In this document: piece by piece, positions 27,842 through 46,499 of the stretch | Layout: each line of letters begins with the position of its first letter | How positions within the stretch are numbered: the first letter of the stretch is position 1 | Source of the DNA: the human T2T-CHM13v2.0 reference genome, Homo sapiens | Strand: one strand, 5' to 3' | NCBI RefSeq assembly: GCF_009914755.1 | Contig: NC_060931.1 | DNA: 64,000 bases | Made by a program: the position numbers and the translations under genes | The notes under the pieces: model-generated | The model's database searches: none | Seen by the model: the letters and a program-made list of their open reading frames with translations, nothing else | What the model was told of the DNA's origin: nothing

Positions 27842-28075
27842 GAGGACTTCTTTTATAAATGAAGATGTGGCTGTGATTTTGCAGGCACATATATACCTTT
27901 AGGTGTTTTCAGTTACTTTCATATGTGCTTATCAGCAATTTGATTCCATATTTGATTTATAACCCTGCAGGTGTACAAAACTAATATTATAACTAGATTC
28001 TCTGTTTTATAGTAAGCTTATCAAAAATCAAGGCATAGTGAGAATTAAAACATCAGTTTATTTTTGGAAGAATGA

Positions 28076-28394
<319 letters not shown>

Positions 28395-29497
28395 TCATCC
28401 TGACATTCTTTATGTGTAAGGTGCTAAGGTGGTAGCATACTGCTAAAACTAGATTAGTAGTACTTAATCTAGAGGGATCTTTTCAATAATTCCATACATT
28501 AAACAATTTACTGTCTCCATTACAAGGTGTACCATTGACTTAATACTGGTTTTTTGGGGAGGGAGTGAGTTTGAGAAACACTAGGACGTTAAAAACTGCT
28601 ATGTTGATTGTAGGATATCTGGATTTCAGAAACGTTAGCACATGCTTGTGCAGGGGTGGGAGAGGGAGAACCTGTGTCTTAGAAATGAAGAACTATGGTA
28701 CATTTATGTAGGATATGATATCACATTTTATAATTTGTCTGCTTAAACAATGATTTACAGATCTTTTGAGAAAGAGAGCAAGGAGGTTGGGCCTTTTAGT
28801 AAGACAGAAAAATGACCTTCCGTTTAAGACTTAGACAAATTAAATTGGACTTTGAAAGTGGTTTACCCTTTTCCTCTCGGGTAAATGTCGGAAGTGAGTG
28901 CCCTGGCTGAACATAAGGGAAGGTCCATTGTCAGCACCCTGAAAGCCTGTTTGAAATGTCATCAACTTGGAGCATTCATTGGCAGCGACTATCAACAGCC
29001 CATTTTAAAAGGATGCCTTGGGTAGAATGGAAATTACAGTGGCCAGCCGTTAATCCTTTTTAATAAGGGCAACTGTTGAGGAGAATTATGTTGTAAGAAT
29101 GAATGAAATTTGGGAGCAACTCTAGTCCCCATGTTCTGTCGTGACTGTCAACACCAAATGTACTTTCATTTTTGCAACTGCCTAAGGATTTTCCATTTAA
29201 CAAACTTACATGACAAATGGGAAAGCAGTGGCATTCCCTGAGAGTCCAAAATCTGGTTTGGCTCTGCCGTTAGCACATTTGCCTGCAGGGATTGATGTAT
29301 CTGATTGAAGAATGTTGAGTTCAGCCAAGAGTTAAGGTTAAGGTCCTTCTATTTGTTTTGGGTCAGTTCCTACAGGTAGAGAATTTGAAAGCCCTGAAGT
29401 GGTTTCATTGCCCCTAGTAGAGATAAATGGCCAAATGTAATAAAAATAGACAGTGCTGTCCTTAATTGTCCTCCCCTTTATATAAAGGACCTGGGAG

Positions 29498-29749
<252 letters not shown>

Positions 29750-30999
29750 TTACTATGTTAAGTTTTAGGATGTGAATCTGGAATTTTCTTTTTTTTCATG
29801 TTTTAAGAAGAGAATAGAAAGATGATAGAAGATATTTGACACCTGAAATGCTACCTCTCAACACATTAGAAGTTTTTATATAGAGACAATGGATGTGTTT
29901 ATTAGAAATCTTTATTTACTCATAAAGGAAATCTCCCAAGGAATATTTTGCTGTCATACCATACATATATTTGAATGAGAAATGGCATTTCTTAAAAAAA
30001 AAAAATTACCTCATTGACTCATTTCCACCACATATTTGAACTAATGAATTGCTGTATGGAAATATACTAAACAACTTACAGACATCCTATTGTCGTATAT
30101 GTGATATAAATGTCAACATTTCCTATCAAAATGGCATCTGATGTTGGCCCTCTTAAAGTTCTGTGGCTTAAAATACTAACAGTAGGAGGAAAATAAACAG
30201 AGACCAAAATGCAAACTCAACAATGAGTAAAAATACCACAGTACAAGTGGAACCTTCTATAATTCTGTATCCCAGAATTTTTGAGAAGAGAAGATAACAT
30301 CTTAAGCATTAAGAAATCCCAAGACCCTGTCCAGCTTATTGCTGTTGGAGAGCCCCAAGACCCTTTAATGCTCCAGTTTAGAGGATCATATTGTCAAGTC
30401 AGAGAGGCTTAAACACAATAGCATCTTCTGGAACCCTAGTGACCTGTATTGAGAGTGGATCTGGCGCTTTTGTTCTTTTGAGAGGCAGGTGTAAAGGATA
30501 ACACACGGGATTATCTTATTTTAAAGCATCTAAAAGCCAATCCCATCCCCCTTCCTCATTCTCTTTCCTCTCAGCTTTTAGAGTCTTTGATCAGGTAAAT
30601 TCTAAAGGCAGACGCTAGTGAAGAGTAGGTAGGTAGGCTTGTGTTTTCACTTCTCCGTGCCAGCTTTCTGTCCTCACCCTCCTCGTCAGTTAGCACTGAT
30701 GAATGTGTAGAATTAGTGAAGGCTGGGTATTAACATCGGTAATGTAACTTTCAGAACCTCTGCAGTGTCTAAGGGGAGGAAGGTTATTTCCACCCCACCT
30801 CGTGGGAATTCAAAGGTAGCTTTCCGATTGTGATCAGGTTAAACAATTCCCTCCAGGCCAGCGTGTGGGAACCTGCACATTCCTACCAAAGCAACGGTAA
30901 TTGTACACAAGTGTGTTTTCAGATTTCTGTCATAGCAAGCAAAAGGGACCACAGCCGTGTTTGTTAGAGCCCCAAATGCCTGTTTGCCACAGGGCTGGG

Positions 31000-31360
<361 letters not shown>

Positions 31361-31539
31361 TAATCATCTAATGTATCCCAGGATCTATGTCTTGGTTTTA
31401 TAAGACAGGCTGGCAGTAAATTTCAGACCTGACCTAACAAGTTAAAATCCTACTCCTGGGCAGAAGTCTTCTGTGTTAGTGACAATGTGGAAATGAAGGA
31501 AGGCTTCCATTTGTGGATAAGTGTGATTGGACAAAGGCC

Positions 31540-31806
31540 AGGATCTGCAGGTAATACAGTGGAGGAAACTTAGCAGGACCTGATTGTTCAGATTCTTCTA
31601 TGTTCCCCTCCTCTGGGAATAGGGAGGGCACCTCTCAAATGATGGTTTTATGGTGTATTTCAGGGGAAGGTTAGAAAATCCTTTCTAAATTTTATGACCT
31701 GCTTTGGGGAAAGAAGGGTGGGAAGGTGAGAGTGACCTGCTGCTACTGCTGTTTTCTCAGATCCCAACAGGCCGTGTTTTAGGGTAGTATGTCCTGAAGC
31801 ACATCG
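31540..31806. mobile_element. ERV1 LTR remnant (MER31-like)
   Basis: ggagggcacctctca...ttttatgacctgctt...aaggtgagagtgacct...gggtagtatgtcctgaa. Confidence 0.55.
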
Positions 31807-32073
31807 CTTATAGAAACAAATAAAAAAATTGTTTGCTTTGTGATGCTGTCCTGATCTGTGGATCTTAATTGCTATTACTCTGAGATTTTCTTAAAGCATA
31901 TAATTCTTTTTAAATGCTTTATGCCAGCCAAAGTTAGAAGAGAATCCTAAACTTATCCTTAAAGTGCAGGATTATCATGGTTTTTGTAGTGCAGCATTAT
32001 CTGGTTGGAAAACTAGGTCAGAAAGACCCTTACCAGGTTGAGTTCCTCCAAGCAATTTCAAAGTCCATCTGGA

Positions 32074-32440
<367 letters not shown>

Positions 32441-33465
32441 CTACCAGTGAGAGAGAAATTCACATCTTGTATTTTTGTGTGTGTGGCCTGAGTAAGAGTG
32501 CCAAGGCAGCCTGCATTCTTAACTGATCCATTAACTTTCTTCCTCCACAGATCGTTTCCTTAACAATGCTCCCTGATTAGAAGAAATGTCTCCTCTCCTC
32601 CCAGTTACTCAGTGAACAGCGCTCTCTCCCAAGGGGCCACATGAAAGGGAAACCCAGGCACCACCTCCGGGCAGGATTAGCAGCCTGGGAGGAGCCACTT
32701 TCTGTTCTTTGTGAAAGCTAGAGCTGCTCTGCTCTTGAGAACAGCCATTTACAAAATGGGGCGAAAACGACGGCCACACCCTCCATCACTCTTTTTCTCC
32801 TGGTGCTTTCCAGAGCCTTTGGAGACCTGTGCCGGGGGTGGGGCTTGGAGCTCCCGTGCCGATGGTTAAAGGTACCATGGCTGGGCCAGTGCGGACCCCA
32901 GTGCTGTTCCCCACTACTCCTCTGCCTCTCTCCACTTCCCAGTTCCTTCCTGGTCAGGAGCCCGGCAGCCCCAAAGACTGGTAATAGCCTGGCCTGTACC
33001 AGATGCCCTGTTACTTCCCCAGGGGTCTCCTCCTTCCCACACTTCATGATGCCCAGTTTCTGTTCTGTTTTCTTTCCAGGAACGTGTCCCTACCTGGAAT
33101 CCCCAGGGGGGCTTCCATGTTCCATTAGAGAACTTCACATTCAACCCTCGTTTTCTGTTTTAACCAATCTTGCCAGTAAGTGGTGAGATCCTTCAGGGTA
33201 GGACCCAGGTCTTACTCTTCAGTAAACTCCTAGTTTCAGGTGTTGAAATTTGGCAGTCAGTCAGGCGTTGTTGAAATGACCAGTAATTGTTTCTGTACTG
33301 TAGGTAATAAAGCTGCGGAAATTATTCTCTTCCTGAAACCTGAAGACTTCAGAAATGTGAGGAAGCCAGGCCTCAAGTGCCCTCCTCTTTCAGATGTTAG
33401 GATAAGAGGTTGAGAAGTTGTTGTAATTGAATGAACTGTATAAGCACAATGTCATGAACTTCTAA

Positions 33466-33831
<366 letters not shown>

Positions 33832-33904
33832 TGTTTGCCCATTATTAAGCAGTAAAAGGACAACCAGTTTTTTTTTTTGTTTTTTGTTTGTTTGTTTGTT
33901 GGTT

Positions 33905-34880
33905 TTTTAGTTAGACTTCACAGACCATGAAATTCACTCTTTTAAGGGGTACATTTCATTGACTTTTAGTATGTTCCAAGAGTTATGCAGCTATCACTAC
34001 AATTAATTTTAGGACATTTTCATTCCCCCAAAGGAAACTCTGTACCCTTAGCTTCTGTACCCCTCATCCTCCCAATCCCTCAGCCCAGGCAGCCACTAAT
34101 CTGCTTTCTGTCTCTGGCTTTGCCCGTTCCTGGGCACTTCATATACATGGTGTCATACAACATGTGATCTTTCGTGTCTGGCTTCTTTCACTTAGCATAA
34201 TGTTTTCAAAGTTCATGTTGTGGAATATATCAGCATTTCATTTTTAATTGCCAAATAATATTCCATTGTATGGATATGCCACGTTTTGTTTATTGATTCA
34301 TCAGTTGACGGACATTCAAGTTGCTTCTATTTTTTTGGCTACTTTGAATAATGCTGCCGTGAACATTCATGCACAGGTTTTTGTGTGGATGTAAGTTTTC
34401 ATTTCAGGTATGTACCTAAGAGTGGAAGTGCTGGGTCATGTATTAGCTCTATGGTTAGCCTTTTGAGGAACTGCCAGACGGTTCTCCAAAGTGACTGCTC
34501 AGTTTTTCATTCCCACCAACAGTGTATGAGGGTTCCAGTTTCTCCATATACTTGTCAGCACTTGCTATTGTCTGTGTTTCTGTTTATAGTCGGTGTGAAG
34601 TAATATTTGATTGTGGGTTGGATTTGCAATTCCCTGAATGACTAATGATGTTGAGCATCTTTTCATGTGCTTATGGCCATTTGTATATCTTCTTTGGAGA
34701 AATGTCTACCCCACCCATTTGCCCACTGTTAAGTGGGCTATTTGTTTTTTTATTGTTGAGTTGTAATAGTTCTTTATACATTCTGGATCCTCGACCTTTA
34801 CTCTTAAAATGATGTGCAAATATTTTCTCCCATTTTGTGAGTTTTCTTTTCACTTTCTTGATAGTGTCTTTTGAAGGACT
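33905..34880 (-). mobile_element. L1MB-like 3' UTR plus decayed ORF2 C-terminus
   Basis: ORF 34671-34853(-) WEKIFAHH...MYKELLQLNNKKTNSP resembles the L1 ORF2 C-terminus; typical 3' UTR motifs (tggcttctttcacttagcataatgttttca). Confidence 0.85.
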
Positions 34881-34974
34881 TCTTTTTAAAATAAAACTAA
34901 AGACTGATCACTCATTTTATTTCACCTTTTAGTGAGTATTCATTCCAAATGACGGTCAAGAAGATACTATTTTT

Positions 34975-35730
<756 letters not shown>

Positions 35731-37222
35731 TGAGTGAAAAAATTAATGTCTATAAGGGTATTTCCTAAACATGTGATTAATAATCATACTAAAGTGTATT
35801 ATGCATTACAGCTTTCAAAGTGTTTTCTTGTTTCTTTATTATTAAATATATTTATTTTTCCTCATAGCAAATACTTAGAATAGTGCTTAGGTTAGCATAG
35901 TAACTAATACTTAGATTGGTTCGTGCATCAGAATTTCTAGCAGGTCTCATCTGACCCATCTGCCCTTTAGGATTCCTCACATGGAGAAGAGGCTTCCATG
36001 TCCTGAGCACTTCCCTAGAGAAGAGGGGGTGAAGGAGATAGGGATGGACCAGTCTACCTGTTGAGAAAGAGACAGAGAAGTGGGTCTCAGTATCCGAGGT
36101 TCCTGGGTTGACCTGCAGACATCACAGGGCCAGGTCCTTTCCTTCCTAGCAGTGCTATTTGTCAAGACCCCTGTCTGTCTCCCCTGACAGAAACATTGCG
36201 GTGGTGGGGGTTGTGGGGGTGCATCCAGCATGAATTCTCCTTATCGTTTTGACTCTTCCTGTTCCCGCCTGGCTCTCATTGAACCCACTTAATCTTCTTC
36301 CTGATGAGTTGGCCCAGGCAGGCCCAGCTTTCCCTTTAACAATTTGTCATCTTATACATCACCAGATTCCAAACTCTCTCAATTCTAGCAATTCTGCTTT
36401 AGGATAAGAAAAAAGCGTGTATTACTTTTGCAAACAGGTGCAAAGTAAATTGGTAATCGTACTGAAGTACATTATGCATTGCAGTTTTTTAAAGCATTTT
36501 CTTGTTTATTGTAGTTATCTGGCCTCATAACACACACTTGAGGTAGATGTGGCACATGTGATCTCCATTTTGTCCACAGAGGAACTGTGGTTTAGGAGGT
36601 GGCCCCTCACCAAAGCTCACACCTGTCTTCTCTGATTTTGCATCTTATGCTATTTCCACAGGGCTGTGCTTCCTAATCAGTTTGTTAATAAAACTCAGTA
36701 TTGTGCATTTGGTAGGAATTGGTTTATACACCATTCAAGAATAGTAAACATTTACACCCTAGATTTTTAATGATCTGAGACAGCACCGAAGTATATAAAA
36801 AAGTTAGGCTCCTGAGCACTTAATTCTTCAAGGAAGGGGATGGAGGAAAATCTCTATCTGCAGAGATAATAGCAGCTTAAGGGTATCTTAAATGGGATGC
36901 TTCTCAGGACTCTTGGAGACTTAGAGCTAGTGGTGTTTAATAACCACAGTTTACATCACTCAGAGTCATGGAATAGTTCTATTGCATAAACAGAGCATTT
37001 TATGGAAACTTAGAAACCCTCACTGCTGCAGGACAAATGCTGTACAAAATCGAAGATGCCAATTGTCTAGATTATTTTCCCCTAACAATTTTGTATGAAA
37101 AATTTCAAACATACAGAAAAGTGAAGATCATTGTACAGTGAACAGCTTTATTCCCACCTCTTCCACTCCCACCTGTACTCTCACCACCCCCCTACCCCCA
37201 CATCTAGATTATGCAGTTGTAA

Positions 37223-37543
<321 letters not shown>

Positions 37544-37807
37544 TAGTTTTATCACATAAATCCAGGCTATTTTTGATATACTTTGTTAATAAAATCATTA
37601 AGCATCTTTGATGTTTTGGATGGAAGGCACCCTACAGTCTCTTGGTGGCTGAGTTTCCTTTTATTTTTCAGAATCCCTTTGAACCCCGGCAACATGGGAC
37701 AGAGCTGAGAGCAAGGGCCTTGATTCTCATACTCAAGCCTCCCGACAGCCCGCTGCATGCGCCAGGCTTCACGTTGTACTCGTTTGTCCAGATACCATGA
37801 AAACCCT

Positions 37808-38110
<303 letters not shown>

Positions 38111-41100
38111 AAAACCTTGATAAATATTAGTATGGGGATACATTGTCCCCTCCCCCCTTTTTCTCTCAGTTAAAAATCTGTCCCAGAATGAGGTTTGGCG
38201 GGACATATGGTTTGGCGTGCTTGTGGGGGCTGGCAGGGTGAGGTATGTATGGTAGTGTAGTTATCTGGCATCTTATCTGCTCACTGGAAATGTTGGGCAC
38301 TGAATAGATTAGTCAGAGTTTCCAGAAATAGAAAATAAAGCCATATAATAAATGCAGAAGTCCCCTAGTTAATGTCAGCTGTTGTGTGATATCTGCCCTA
38401 AGTCATTTTATTGCCTTTGTAAGATTCTTAAACTGTTTATCATTATCCCTGCCTTTTTTAAAAATGGAAGCAACATCTTCCTAAAGAGGTTGTTATGAGA
38501 CATTAGAAGGCCTGCTTTCATGCCTAATAGTTATCAAAACTGAAATTCAGTATAGCAGTGTTGAAGGTGAAAGAAGGTTTGGGTACTTTTAGGTAGCAAG
38601 AGAGATAATTATAAGCTTTCAACCCAAGGTCAAGATAAATATAAATCTGGAGGAGGAAAAAAAAAAAAGAAGTCTAGCTTCTCATTAGTAGGACAGCGTT
38701 CTCATTTTATAAGACCTTAATACCCAATAGGAAATGGCCGTCAATTCTGTTCATTTCATATTCTCACAGCCTGTCTCTCAGGTGGGAGAACACAGCTAAT
38801 TCTTAGGGTAAGTGTCCTCTTTTAGAATAAAACCTTACCAAAGGAGAGCTGAAATGGGTTGTCCCCCAAGGCTGGGAGATGTGTTTGGTTCCCTTTGCCT
38901 CACTTCGACCTTTCTGAAATCAAGAAACAAACAAAATGAAATCGACTTGTGAAAGGATGTCAAAACGACATGGCAAATTCAGTTGGTTTGTTCAGAATTT
39001 TCTTCCTGTATTTCCTTTTTGAAGTTACAACAGTCATTCAGGAGCACGTCCAGAGGAGAAGAGCTGGGAGGGAGGACGGGTGGCTTCTAGAGTCAAGGCT
39101 GGGTTTGCCTAACCCTGACCCTCACGGGGGTGATGCGGATGTTCCGAAGAATGCATTAGCCTTTGACTTTAAGGACCGCGAGGAGAGTTTTCTTCCGAAT
39201 CAAGTGAATGCGGGTGCATCACCCTGTCTTCCTCATTCCCTGTGTCAGGGAATGCATCGGTAGCCTAAATGACTTTCCCTGGAACTGAAGCATGTGTTGG
39301 CTCTACTGTGGTGCTTTAATGTTTCCTGAAATCCTCCATTTGGAGGATAGAGTGCCCAGGAGTGAGAGAATACTGTGTTATTAGAATGCTTGTTAAGAGG
39401 GAAAAAGAAAATAGAGCATTAACAGACAGGCAATGTTCCATTCCCCCGAGGAAGATTTATGTGACCTAGATGAACGGAACTACAAATCTTGGAGGGACAA
39501 GAGACTTCAGAAATGGCAAGTTCTTAGTTTGGGAGGCTAGGTATTGAAGTTTATCCAAATTAATTTGGAAGTTTAGATCAGTTGCAATCAAAATCCTTAT
39601 TTGATTGACAGTGGGGATGGATAAAATGGAGTTTGGATTTGAAAATCTACATAGGAGGAGGAAGTAATAGTATATCTATTTTATTATACGTGTGTGTGTG
39701 TATAACTATAACAATTAGAATATCATAACACTGTTAATAGACCATAAAGTGACAAACTACCCCAAAACAAATCCCATTTTCACATAAAAATTTAATATAT
39801 GATAAAAAAGCCTTCACAAATCAAAGGGGAATGAAAGGCAAGATTATTCATCAGATAGTTAGGTCTTCATCTTACACCGGAATAAATTCAATTGAACTGA
39901 AGAGTTAAATATGTATTACAAAAAAAAAAGCCAGCAGAAAAATCAATAGATCATATCAATCACTCCTCTAGAAATGGACATTATGAAAAGTAGATGTCAG
40001 TATGGAAAAATACTTTTACTACCAAGTGATATAAAATGTGGATTGAAGAAAAAAGGTGAAATGACTGGCATGCTTTATTGCCAGTTGGTTTAGGGGGTCA
40101 GGTGTAGATATTTTTGTTACTTGTTTTCCAAGATCTGTGATGTGGTTGGAGTAATTCAAGAGAAATGTATTTATAATATGCATGCTTTAAGGTACGTCTA
40201 TTCCTACTTTTAAAAGTGGCAGATTTGTGTTTTTTAATGCATAAATTAGTTGAATGTTCATCCATCCAAAGAGGGATTTCTTCTGATAGATTGGGGTGAT
40301 TAGCTGAAAGACTCAGTTCCTGGAGAAGAGAACACTAGTGGAAAATGCCCAACTGTTAGGGGAATGAGGAACAACAGTGCTGTTCACTGCATTCCTAACG
40401 CCGGCTTATCAGAGTTTTGTTTTCTGTTTCATACACTTAGGAAAGTATTGTTGCCACAAAGTGCATCTCTGCCTGTTAGAAGGATCCAGACATAGCGTAG
40501 ACGGATTGTGCAATGGAGTCAGAAATAGGCTGTCCTGCTCCCAGTGAGTGACTTCCCCACCCCTTCATCCTCCTTGTAAATCACCGGCATTCCTGATCAC
40601 TTTCCGTGGTTCCAGCTAGGTTAACAACAGAAGGGATCATTTCCCTCATAACAGTCTCCCCATTAGTCAAAAGTTTTACTCTCAAGTGACTAAAACGTTA
40701 CTCATAACTGCTTACAAGGAGAAAAGATTTATTTTCCTTTTACTTCTTTAATGCACATCTGGTGGAGACCCTGATAAGCAGTAAGAAATGGAAAAAGCAG
40801 GGACCTAGAAAGTGAAAGTAGACAGATTTGGGTAGTGCATGCAGGCTAATTAATGATCCCAGGTGGGCTGGAGTGTTCTGGTTACATTTTCCATGGGTCC
40901 AGCCCTAGAGCAGAGACCATGGGCATCAGCCTGCCCCTTCCCATTATGTGGCTCAAGCACCACCGTGTGCCAAAGGGCGGGAACATTAGATTTCCCCACC
41001 GCTGTAACATCTGTAAATTCCACAGTCCATAGAATCAAAATGGAAGAGAACCTCACGTTTCTGATTGCCAGTCAGAAGGAATTTATTTTTGAAACCCAGT

Positions 41101-42649
41101 TTGCTCTGTTATTTGTAGTGCAAGATAGAAATATCTTAACCGATTTTATCCAGTTCTTATTTAATGTCTGTGATTTTAGGAGGAAGAGACTATTGTGTCA
41201 TAGGTATTTGAAATTCACAAGCCCCTCTCCAACCTAATTTTACCGAAATGTGTTGGTTTCCCCTTTCCTTAAACTCACGGACCACAGTTACTAAATAGTT
41301 TCCAGAGTGGACTGACATGCATTTTTCTTTACAGCTCTGTCATTACTTTCTTTATTATCAGAGAGTACACAGGATATTGAAATAACCTAAAATCCAGAGA
41401 GGAGGAGGAGCCAGGGGGGTGAAGAGAAGTCCTGACCTATTTTAGAGCCCTTGGGCTTCATAGGTAACCTTGAAAATGGAAACACATCATTGCCCATTTT
41501 ATTGAGGTTGTGATTAGCAGTAAAATATAATGCAGACTAATTATTATGTTGCAGCCAATTAGCAATAAAGAGAAGCATTTTAATATACAATAATTAGATT
41601 TTAAAATTTTGGCTTTGGGAATTTACAAAGCCCTCTATTTGAAGGCTTGTACGGAAGACATTCTGAAACCAACTTTTTGTCAGATAAAGTCCATAAAGCT
41701 GAAAACTGACATGAGGAGGTATGGCCGGGTTTTCCTGCGTCTCACAGTGCAGTTAGGAGGCTTTGATACTTCATGGGCCCTTCTGCAAACTTTCCTTAGT
41801 ATTAGGAAATGAAGTCTTCCAAGTCAGTCAAGTTGTAAACATGCAAAAATGCTGGGAGTGGCAGTCTCTCCAAACAAATGACCCGTTCTCACTGCGGTTT
41901 TCTCCTGGTGCTAGAACCTGTAACTCCTGAGTTGATTCTCTCCAATTGGCCAGAGAAATGGGCGTTGCTGCTGGAGCAGATGAAAAGGCTATTAAGGCTT
42001 CCTGAAGCACTTAGATTAACTAGCTTTTTTTTTTCTCTTGGAGCAAAAAGTTGGAACAAGTTTTTTGTTTTTTTTTTTTTTACTTTTTGGACATATGACA
42101 AATGTGTATAAAGTTGTGTGTTGTGCCTGAGGAGCTGGTGAATGGAGTTGCTCTTTTGAGAGTTGCTTTTATATCATTGCTAGCTGTGAGGTACGTGGTG
42201 GGCATGAAGAGAACCAGTGTCAGTCCCTCTGCAGAAGCAGAGGCTGTGAGCTCCACTGTGAGCTGCCAAGGCCCATACTGCTGGGGGATCTTTAATGCAT
42301 GGCGCAAGGCTCCTGTGCCCCAATCCCGGAGGAGCGGTGACAGTCCAGGGAAGAGAGGGGACCACGTGAGTGTTACATGTTCTTGATCACATTTTTCTCT
42401 ATTGGAAAGGAGGATGTTGAAAGTTAATCATGTGGTTTTTCTAGTCACTTAAGTCCTTAACACACTGGATATACATAGTTCAAATACAAGGAAATTAACC
42501 TGGTTTCAAATGTCTTTTCCTCATTTTATGGCACATGGAGTATAGAGCATATTCAAAACCCTCCCATCCCCCACTTTGTAGACAACACATCTACTCAGAA
42601 GGTTTTAACTTAACTTTCTGTATTCTGGTGATGTCCACGAGGTTTTGAG

Positions 42650-42652
<3 letters not shown>

Positions 42653-42696
<44 letters not shown>

Positions 42697-43137
42697 AGAG
42701 AGAGACAGGGTCTTGCTCTGTTGCCCAGGCTGGAGCACGGTGTTGCTGTCATAGCTCACTTGCAGCCTCTACCTCTAGGGTTCAAACAATCCTCCTGCTT
42801 CAGCCTCCTGGTTAGGTGGGACCATAGGTGTGCACCACTATGCCTGGCTAATGTTTTTTATGTTTTGAAGAGACAGGGTCTCACCATGTTGCCCAGGCTG
42901 GTCTTGAACTCCTGGGCTCAAGCAATCCTCCTGCCTCGGTCTCCCGAGTAGCTTGGACTACAGTGCTCAATACCACACCCCACTAATGTTGCCTTTTTTT
43001 CCTTTTTTTTTTTTTTTTGTAGAGATGAGATCATATTATGTTGCCCAGGCCCCTCTCAAACTCCTGGCCTCAAGCGATCTTCCCACCTTGGCCTCCCAAA
43101 ATGCTGATATTACAGGCATGAGCCACTGTGCCCAGTC
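42653..43137 (-). mobile_element. Old AluJ/FLAM array of three monomers with a T43 tail
   Basis: T run 42653-42695 followed by three monomer cores. Confidence 0.85.
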
Positions 43138-43284
43138 ACATTTTTTATCTGTTAAAAAAAAACAAAAACCAAGTTTGGATGTTATGATGTTAGTAGTGTG
43201 TCTGGTTCTGAAGTTACAGGATAGGAGATAGAGAAAAATTGTGACCTGCCCAAAGTCTCAAAGCTAATTCTAAATAACTAAAGT

Positions 43285-43790
43285 TGTAGAATCTTTTGTT
43301 TGGAGGACCATCTTAAAGGTGTGATCTGTACTCAGCCATTTGTCTGATGTGTAAATCCTCAGTCTGTAGCTTCCCGGCCACGTGGTCACCAAGGCTGTGC
43401 TTGAACATCCCTGAGACGCCTTTCAAGGAGCACCGTTCTGTCTTTGGGCAGCTCTAATTGTTAAAAAAAAAAAAAAAAAAAAAAGTCTTCCTTACGTTAG
43501 GCTGAAGTCTGTTCCCCATGTAGTTGTTCCCCTTGGGGCCATGTAATACAAGTCTACTTCCTCTTACAAAAGACAGCCCTTCAAATGTTGGACAACAGCA
43601 GTATTCCCGGCCCTCCTGGCTCCCCTCCCCTCATCCACTACCAAGGAAGCATGGCTGTGAGTTTGTTCATCATCCTTTGAATGTGCTCCAACTCATGCAC
43701 AGCCCCTTTAAAAGGAGGTGTGCAGAACCTGATTCTCCCAGTGGAGCTTAATCAGTACCTGTCATCCCCATTTTCCCAGTGACAGATTTT
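43285..43790 (-). mobile_element. CR1/L3 LINE remnant
   Basis: tgcttgaacat...cagctctaattgtta...tcttcctta...acaagtcta...gacagcccttcaaat motifs. Confidence 0.6.
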
Positions 43791-44408
43791 TATTGAGACA
43801 GCCAACACTTGGATTGGTGTTGCCTTTGACGAATTTCAGGTTACTGCAAAGTGAATCCAAATACCAACTATTTTCAAATAAAAGAAAGGAGAGGCAAGAC
43901 TTAGCAGCAGCAGGCTTTTTACAGTCCTTCAGGTTTCAATTGTGGGACCTTACACGTGGTGCTATTGCAGCTCCAATTTTGTTTTTTTCTTTTAACCCAT
44001 CATTTCAGCTTGTTAAACTTTGGAGATTCATATTCTGTCATTGAGAGTTGTCCTTCCTTCCTTTGCTGCTTCAGAGGACTTAGTGATGCCTTTATTAGAG
44101 CTTTTACTACATTGCATTATGGCTCTTTATGTCTTTCCTCCTGAGTTCTGCTAGGATCATAATCATGTCTCATCATATTCCTCTTCTCTCTTCAACACTG
44201 ACAGCTCATAGTAAGTGCTTAATACATTTTCATTGAATGAATGAGTCAAAAGTATTTGCTCTTCCAAATTCTGCTTATTGATAGTTTATTAATAATTATA
44301 TATTATTCATGCTGTTTCAATATTTATCGTACTTATTTGAATATATACATTTATATTTATATAAAGTAATAAATGTGGGTATTTTATTAATAAATAAGTT
44401 ACTTATTA

Positions 44409-44826
<418 letters not shown>

Positions 44827-44867
44827 TTAAGATAAGGTTTATTTTATCAGGAATTTCCCTAATTTTA

Positions 44868-45738
<871 letters not shown>

Positions 45739-46138
45739 TTTCTTTGTTGTGTTATTTGCTTGATCAGTAAAGCATCTTTTTTGTTCTTATAGTAATTCCA
45801 GGCACTGGTATATAAGGATACATAAATTATACTACCCACTCACTCTCTAAAACTCTTGTTCTTAAAGATTGGCTTATTTTTGCTAGGAGGAATGAAAGTA
45901 CATGTTAAAGAGACATACTTGGCTGATCTAGCCATTTTCCAAAGTCTCCCCCCGCCAGAGGAATATCTCATAAGTCTGGTTCCTAATTACATTTAGCAGA
46001 TTTCTCTAAAATCTAAAAGCTGGAGTTTGAATGGTTCTTACTTTTCAGCTAGTATCTAAAAGGTGATTCACTTAGGAGCAGCATAGAGGAGAAACTTGTA
46101 TTTCACCTATCAAGTTTCTGATTTAAAAGTGAAATTTC

Positions 46139-46438
<300 letters not shown>

Positions 46439-46499
46439 TCATATCATTTACATGTGTGTGATTTGATGATGGCTTTAACTGAAAATAGACTAATGCCAA

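Noticed and set aside
28931-28950. TCAGCACC REST-like half sites (also ~24395, ~26300, ~63245)
   Set aside because: The GGACAG half is missing at the required spacing.
32520-32555. Strong acceptor-like sequence ttaactttcttcctccacag (similar one at 4085-4104)
   Set aside because: No good matching donor and no AUTS2 peptide downstream; pseudo-acceptors are frequent.
34671-34853. ORF resembling a real protein
   Set aside because: Decayed L1 ORF2 C-terminal fragment; not an intact gene.
39040-39265. Patch of retained CpGs
   Set aside because: Too short and sparse to call a CpG island or promoter from sequence alone.
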